NCBI GenBank assembly: GCA_031732795.1
Contig: JAVMKC010000075.1
Coordinates: 347 to 64,346, forward strand
DNA length: 64,000 nt
Direction of reading: 5' to 3'
DNA from: Accumulibacter sp.
GTDB lineage: Bacteria > Pseudomonadota > Gammaproteobacteria > Burkholderiales > Rhodocyclaceae
Below the pieces are notes generated by a model that did not search any database, was not told where the DNA came from, and was given only the letters and a program-made list of their open reading frames with translations. Shown here piece by piece: positions 58,774 through 64,000 of the stretch (position 1 is its first letter; the number at the start of each line of letters is the position of its first letter). A program made the position numbers and the translations under genes.

Positions 58774-59450
58774 AAATGCCCGCGTTACCCGTCATTGATT
58801 ACCAATCGATTATCGACGAATTTCGAAATCTGAATCCCAGAGATGTCGGCGCGTGGCCGTTAGTGCCTCGCATTACTGCCTTGGTCGTATGGTCTTTGAT
58901 TATTCTGCTGGCGGGTTGGTGGTTTTTTTGGTCTGACCAAATCGATTCGCTCAATAGCAAAATGCAGAACGAATTGAAGCTGCGTGATGAATTCGTTACC
59001 AAGAAAAAACAGGCGGTCAATCTTGACCTTTATGTTCAGCAGCTTAATGAAATCGACCGTTCGTTCGGTACTTTGCTGAAACAGTTACCGAACAAATCCG
59101 AGGTCGAGGCGCTGCTCGTCGAGATCAACCAAGCAGGAATGGGGCGGGGCTTGCAATTCGAGCTGTTCAAACCCGGCGCCGAGCTGGTGAAGGATTTTTA
59201 CGCCGAATTGCCAATCACCGTACGGTTGACAGGCATGTATCATGATTTCGGCGCTTTTGCCGGAGACATTGGCAAGTTGTCCCGGATTGTCACCTTGAAC
59301 AACATCGCTATTACCGGCAATGCCCAAGCCAAGGACGGGACACTGGTGATGGATGCTATCACCAAAACTTTCCGTTATTTGGATGAAGAGGAACTGGCGG
59401 CGAAGAAGAAAGCGGCGCAGGCACAAGCAGCAAAAGGCGGGAAAAAATGA
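58770..59450 (+). CDS. pilO: Type IV pilus assembly protein PilO
   Basis: Motifs LLKQLPNKSEV, FYAELPI, YHDFG.F, LSRIVTL, KTFRYLD. Confidence 0.94.
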   Translation: MKMPALPVIDYQSIIDEFRNLNPRDVGAWPLVPRITALVVWSLIILLAGWWFFWSDQIDSLNSKMQNELKLRDEFVTKKKQAVNLDLYVQQLNEIDRSFGTLLKQLPNKSEVEALLVEINQAGMGRGLQFELFKPGAELVKDFYAELPITVRLTGMYHDFGAFAGDIGKLSRIVTLNNIAITGNAQAKDGTLVMDAITKTFRYLDEEELAAKKKAAQAQAAKGGKK

Positions 59451-59965
59451 AGAACCTGTCTTGGCTGTTGCTTTTCGTCGTTACCCTTGTCGCTTGTTCG
59501 TCGGATGAGCATGACGATCTCCAGCAATGGATGGATTCCGTTGCCCTGGATACCAAAGGAAAAATCCCACCAATTCCGATCGTCGAGCCGTATGTGCCTG
59601 TGCCCTATGATGTGGGTGGCTTGGTCGACCCGTTCAAACCTGGCAAGATCGGGCCAGAAGACAAAAAAGGTGGTGGCGGGTTCCGCCCCGATCTTGACCG
59701 CCCCAAGGAGCCGTTGGAAGCCTATCCGCTGGAATCACTGCAGTTTGTTGGCGTAATGACTCGTCAGAAGAAATCCTATGCCATCATCCAAGCCGACGGA
59801 GCCTTGTATCAAGTGAAAATCGGTAATTATATGGGACAGAACTTCGGCGTGATCGTTGCCGTATCCGAAGCCGAGATCACCTTGCGCGAGCTGACTCAGG
59901 ATGCTGCAGGGGATTGGGTCGAAAGAACGAGCAGCATGCAGTTGCTGGAGAAGGGGACGAAGTAA
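59447..59965 (+). CDS. pilP: Type IV pilus assembly lipoprotein PilP
   Basis: Lipobox TLVAC; motifs DPF, RPKEPLEAYPLESL, GNYMGQNFG, GDWVER. Confidence 0.94.
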   Translation: MKNLSWLLLFVVTLVACSSDEHDDLQQWMDSVALDTKGKIPPIPIVEPYVPVPYDVGGLVDPFKPGKIGPEDKKGGGGFRPDLDRPKEPLEAYPLESLQFVGVMTRQKKSYAIIQADGALYQVKIGNYMGQNFGVIVAVSEAEITLRELTQDAAGDWVERTSSMQLLEKGTK

Positions 59966-62053
59966 ATGAAGCCAATGAAACAATTCCTGCTCGTCGTGAT
60001 CAGTGTTTTTTTGATGTCGATTGCTGTGGTTCGCGCCCAGGATCATTCATCGCAGAACACCATTGAATCGATCAATGTGGTACAGCAGGGCGCCGTCACC
60101 AACGTGAAAGTAGGCTTCAAACAGCCGTTGCGAGCCTTGCCGGCAACTTTCAGTGTTTCCAAGCCAGCGCGAATTGCGCTCGATTTTCCAAGTACGGTCA
60201 ATGGGCTTGGCAAGTCGACCCAGAATTTTGACGAAGGTGACTTGAAAAGCGCCAACATCATTCAAGCCGAGGATCGGACGCGCTTGGTTTTGAATCTTCA
60301 CAAAACGATGACTTATGAAGTCAATCTTGATGGTAACAACCTGTTGATTGCCTTGGTGGCCAATACCGCGTCAACCGGCCAGATTGCTCCTCCAGTGGAG
60401 CATTTTGCAAAATCGCGTCCGTCGACGATTGAAAGTGCCATTCGGGATATTTCCTTCCGTCGCGGGCGGGATGGGGAAGGGCGGATTACCGTTGATCTGA
60501 CCGACTCCAATGCCGGTATCGATATCCGGCAACAGGGGGCAACCTTGGTGGTCGACTTTGTCAAAGTTGCTGTTCCCGAAACCCTGCGGAAACGACTGGA
60601 TGTGACCGATTTCGCCACTCCAGTTTTGAATGTGACGACCGTGCAGAGGGATGGCGGGGCGAGGATGACGATCACCCCGCGCGGGCTGTGGGAGCATAAC
60701 GCTTATCAGAGCGACAACCAGTTCGTGATCGAAGTCAAGCCCATCGTCGAGAATCCCAATAAACTGGTCCAAGGTACTCGGGGAGGCTATCAAGGCGAAA
60801 AACTGTCGCTCAATTTTCAGAACGTTGATGTCCGCCGACTGCTGCAGGTGATCGGCGAATTCACTGGTATGAACATGGTGGTCAGCGATTCGGTCAGTGG
60901 AGCCATCACATTGATTCTCAAAGATGTTCCCTGGGATCAGGCGCTAGATATCATCATGCAGCAGAAAAATCTGGATATGCGCAAGAACGGCAACGTGATC
61001 CTCGTTGCCCCGCGCGATGAACTGGCGACCAAGGAAAAACTGGACTTTGAATCCAAACAGCTCATTGGCGATCTGGAGCCTTTGCAGACCGAGAGCTTCC
61101 AGATGAACTACATCAGAGCGGAAGCCGTCCATAAATTGCTGATCGATCCCAAGCAATCGTTGCTCTCGAAACGCGGCAGCGCCCTGCTCGACGACCGGTC
61201 GAACATGATGTTTGTCAAGGACGCTCCCAATCGACTCGACGATATCCGGGCCATGATCGCCAAGGTCGATATTCCTGCGCGCCAAGTGATGATCGAAGCG
61301 CGGATTGTCGAGGCGGGGGACTCTTTCGCCAAAAACCTGGGGGTTCGTCTGGGGCATGGGGCGACCACAAGGTCAACAGCCTCCGGCGTGACGACCGTGG
61401 CCAACTCATCGACGCTGGCAGCCATCAGTCCAGATTTCAGAATGTCCGATATTGCGGCGGTCAATTTGCCGGCTACTCCTCGTTCGGGTACGGCAGGTAC
61501 GCTCGGACTGAGTTTTTATAATCGGGATTACACCAAATTTTTGAGCGTGGAAATCTCTGCACTCGAAGCCGACGGTCGAGGCAAGGTCATTTCCAGTCCG
61601 CGGGTGATGACCGCTAATCAGGTCGAAGCGATTATTGAACAAGGGGTCGAAATACCGTATCAGCAAGCCACCTCGGCCGGGGCGACCAGCATCGCTTTCA
61701 AAAAGGCCAACCTGTCGTTGAAAGTCAAGCCGCAGATCACGCCGGATGGCAAAATCAGCATGATGCTTGACGTGAACAAGGACACGCCCAATACCTTGCT
61801 ATCAACGGGTGCCGGCGTGGCCATCGATACCAAACACGTCAAAACGGAAGTCCTGGTCGAAAACGGCGGGACAGTGGTTATCGGCGGTATCTATACCCAG
61901 ACCGTTCGCAATACCACTCAGCGCATCCCCTTCTTCGGAGACTTGCCGTATATCGGCTTCTTGTTCAAAAACAAGGAAATAATCGATGACAAGACCGAGT
62001 TGCTGATTTTTGTGACTCCCCGCGTCGTTACCGAGAGTCTGGCCGTACGCTAA
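59966..62053 (+). CDS. pilQ: Type IV pilus secretin PilQ
   Basis: AMIN domains; motifs GEKLSLNFQ, VPWDQALDI, QVMIEARIVEA, GGTVVIGGIY, ELLIFVTPR. Confidence 0.96.
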   Translation: MKPMKQFLLVVISVFLMSIAVVRAQDHSSQNTIESINVVQQGAVTNVKVGFKQPLRALPATFSVSKPARIALDFPSTVNGLGKSTQNFDEGDLKSANIIQAEDRTRLVLNLHKTMTYEVNLDGNNLLIALVANTASTGQIAPPVEHFAKSRPSTIESAIRDISFRRGRDGEGRITVDLTDSNAGIDIRQQGATLVVDFVKVAVPETLRKRLDVTDFATPVLNVTTVQRDGGARMTITPRGLWEHNAYQSDNQFVIEVKPIVENPNKLVQGTRGGYQGEKLSLNFQNVDVRRLLQVIGEFTGMNMVVSDSVSGAITLILKDVPWDQALDIIMQQKNLDMRKNGNVILVAPRDELATKEKLDFESKQLIGDLEPLQTESFQMNYIRAEAVHKLLIDPKQSLLSKRGSALLDDRSNMMFVKDAPNRLDDIRAMIAKVDIPARQVMIEARIVEAGDSFAKNLGVRLGHGATTRSTASGVTTVANSSTLAAISPDFRMSDIAAVNLPATPRSGTAGTLGLSFYNRDYTKFLSVEISALEADGRGKVISSPRVMTANQVEAIIEQGVEIPYQQATSAGATSIAFKKANLSLKVKPQITPDGKISMMLDVNKDTPNTLLSTGAGVAIDTKHVKTEVLVENGGTVVIGGIYTQTVRNTTQRIPFFGDLPYIGFLFKNKEIIDDKTELLIFVTPRVVTESLAVR

Positions 62054-62157
62054 GGGCGCGCCGGACTTGAGCGATCGTCGCGAGCCGCGCTTTCCCACGG
62101 CACACTAGATCACTCTCACCAAGTCCGACGGGTTTCCTGGACACTGTTCATTCAACC

Positions 62158-62184
62158 AAAAAGCCGGCGGCATGCCGGCTTTTT
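62158..62184 (+). terminator. Intrinsic (bidirectional-type) terminator after pilQ
   Basis: AAAAAGCCGGC-GGCAT-GCCGGCTTTTT. Confidence 0.85.
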
Positions 62185-62217
62185 GGTGTCATATCCCGCA
62201 TACGCTAAAATGGCGGA

Positions 62218-62736
62218 GTGGATGACGAACGTAAAAAACAGAATATTTATCTGGTGGGGCTGATGGGAGCCGGAAAGACGACCATCGGTAAAGTACTGGC
62301 CAGACGATTGGCCTATGCCTTCATCGATTCCGATCACGAAATCGAGGCTCGCACCGGGGTTAGCTTGCCCACGATTTTCGAGATCGAAGGGGAAGAGGGT
62401 TTTCGAAAGCGTGAAGCGCAAGTGATTGCCGAAATGGCAGCACTTGAAGGACACGTCGTGGCCACCGGTGGTGGCGCCGTGCTGCGCCCGGAAAACCGGG
62501 CCAATCTTCAGCGTAGCGGTTTGGTGGTCTATTTGAACGTTCCACTGTTCGCGCTTTATGAGCGGACACGCATGGACAAGAATCGTCCACTATTGCAAGT
62601 CAAGGACCCCTGGCAGCGTTTGAAGGAACTCCACGCCGAGCGCGATCCCTTGTACCGCGAAGTCGCCGATATCGTGGTCAGCGGCAGCCGGATCGCGGTG
62701 CATACTCTCTTGCCGCTGATTGCGCAAAAAACCTGA
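62218..62736 (+). CDS. aroK: Shikimate kinase
   Basis: Motifs [43 protein letters not shown]. Confidence 0.96.
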   Translation: MDDERKKQNIYLVGLMGAGKTTIGKVLARRLAYAFIDSDHEIEARTGVSLPTIFEIEGEEGFRKREAQVIAEMAALEGHVVATGGGAVLRPENRANLQRSGLVVYLNVPLFALYERTRMDKNRPLLQVKDPWQRLKELHAERDPLYREVADIVVSGSRIAVHTLLPLIAQKT

Positions 62737-62741
62737 TCATC

Positions 62742-63830
62742 ATGGATACTCTCGACGTTCTTCTAGGTGAAAAAAGCTATCCGATTCATCTCGGTCTCGA
62801 TCTTCTCGATCGAGTCGAGTGCTTGTTGCCCTATATTCGGCATCGTAAAGCGGTGATCGTCAGCAATGTGACGGTCGGCCCGCTTTATCTGCAGCGTTTG
62901 AGTGCACCGCTACGAGAGGCCGGTATCGAGGTCGCTGAATTACTTCTGCCCGATGGCGAGCGCTATAAAAACTGGCAGACGTTGAACTCCATCTTTGATC
63001 TGTTGCTCGGTTCCCGTTGCGAACGTTCGACGCCATTGATCGCGCTGGGCGGTGGAGTCGTCGGCGATATGGCTGGTTTTGCCGCCGCCTGTTACCAGCG
63101 GGGAATGCCTTTCATCCAGGTGCCCACTACCCTGCTGGCGCAAGTCGATTCCTCGGTCGGTGGCAAAACGGCGATCAATCATCCCCTGGGCAAAAACATG
63201 ATCGGCGCTTTTTACCAGCCGCGAATGGTCCTGATCGACCCCGGGACCCTGAACACGCTGCCTGACCGTGAATTGCGGGCGGGTTTGGCGGAAGTGATCA
63301 AATACGGTTTGATACGTGATCCGGCATTCCTGGAATGGTTGGAAAGTCATCTGGAAGACTTGCTGGCCCGCCAGCCCGCAGCTTTGACACAGGCCATCCG
63401 GCGGTCGTGCCAAAACAAGGCCGAGGTAGTGATCGCCGATGAACGTGAGCACGGTGAGCGGGCTTTGCTCAATCTCGGTCACACCTTCGGCCACGCCATC
63501 GAGACCGGTGTCGGTTACGGGGAATGGTTGCATGGCGAAGCGGTAGCCGTGGGGACGATGATGGCGGCCGAATTGTCTGTGCGTCAGGGGTGGCTGCAGC
63601 CTGCCGATCTGCTACGCATCGAACGGCTGTTCGTACGCGCCGGGTTGCCGGTGGTTGGTCCGCCGCTGGCTGTCGATCGTTTTCTCGAATTGATGCGCCA
63701 CGACAAAAAAGTGCAGGATGGCCGATTGCGGCTGGTCGTGCTGAAATCGTTGGGCAAAGCCGTAGTCAGCGATGAAGTGACCGATGAGGACATCGGCAAG
63801 GCCATTCTGGCGCGTTCGGCCGATGGCTGA
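62742..63830 (+). CDS. aroB: 3-dehydroquinate synthase
   Basis: Motifs [52 protein letters not shown]. Confidence 0.96.
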   Translation: MDTLDVLLGEKSYPIHLGLDLLDRVECLLPYIRHRKAVIVSNVTVGPLYLQRLSAPLREAGIEVAELLLPDGERYKNWQTLNSIFDLLLGSRCERSTPLIALGGGVVGDMAGFAAACYQRGMPFIQVPTTLLAQVDSSVGGKTAINHPLGKNMIGAFYQPRMVLIDPGTLNTLPDRELRAGLAEVIKYGLIRDPAFLEWLESHLEDLLARQPAALTQAIRRSCQNKAEVVIADEREHGERALLNLGHTFGHAIETGVGYGEWLHGEAVAVGTMMAAELSVRQGWLQPADLLRIERLFVRAGLPVVGPPLAVDRFLELMRHDKKVQDGRLRLVVLKSLGKAVVSDEVTDEDIGKAILARSADG

Positions 63831-64000
63831 ACTGGCGCCCTGCGCGGTATCCGACATCAACTCGCGAGGTCGGCGGCATCCTGAAGACGCGGCGATACAT
63901 CGCAGCGAATTTCAGCGCGACCGCGATCGGATCGTTCATTCAACCGCCTTTCGACGTCTCGAATACAAAACGCAGGTCTTCGTCAACCACGAGGGCGACC
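63823..64000 (+). CDS. dgt: Deoxyguanosinetriphosphate triphosphohydrolase, 5' part (runs off the window)
   Basis: From ATG 63823: MAELAP...[33 protein letters not shown]; conserved aroB-dgt order. Confidence 0.92.
   Translation, partial: MAELAPCAVSDINSRGRRHPEDAAIHRSEFQRDRDRIVHSTAFRRLEYKTQVFVNHEGD

Overview
Chromosomal segment of a betaproteobacterium, most likely Rhodocyclales (Propionivibrio/Accumulibacter/Dechloromonas-like). This placement is inferred from gene order and protein style, not from a database search. Left end: four minus-strand genes, eno, arsR, fbaA (class II type A) and a long-type PPi-dependent phosphofructokinase. They sit next to an eroded 3' fragment of tpiA at its usual place before secG. 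Core blocks follow: secG, tRNA-Leu(GAG), nuoA-N, a NUDIX hydrolase, yceH, prfC, an MlaE/MlaD/lipoprotein/AI-2E cluster, an aminotransferase, ampD-pilR-pilS, tRNA-Pro(CGG), ispB, ugpB-ugpQ, a PP2C phosphatase, rhlE, a DUF1631 protein and chrA. The accessory stretch at about 45-57 kb holds a diguanylate cyclase, a decayed group II intron RT, an orphan itaconyl/mesaconyl-CoA hydratase-like gene, rep, and a secreted Lys/His-rich protein. It also holds a four-gene operon led by a short J-domain protein with a PX7W tail (Atc-like), a FIST plus GAF-GGDEF pair, and an HhH-TfoX fusion that overlaps a decayed IS1182-like element. The window ends with pilMNOPQ-aroK-aroB and the 5' part of dgt. No CRISPR array, rRNA or prophage was seen. 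The best leads are the Atc-like co-chaperone operon, the apparently replaced PPi-based glycolysis module (with an As(III)-type ArsR and paired LacI-type operators), and the IS-bounded TfoX fusion.
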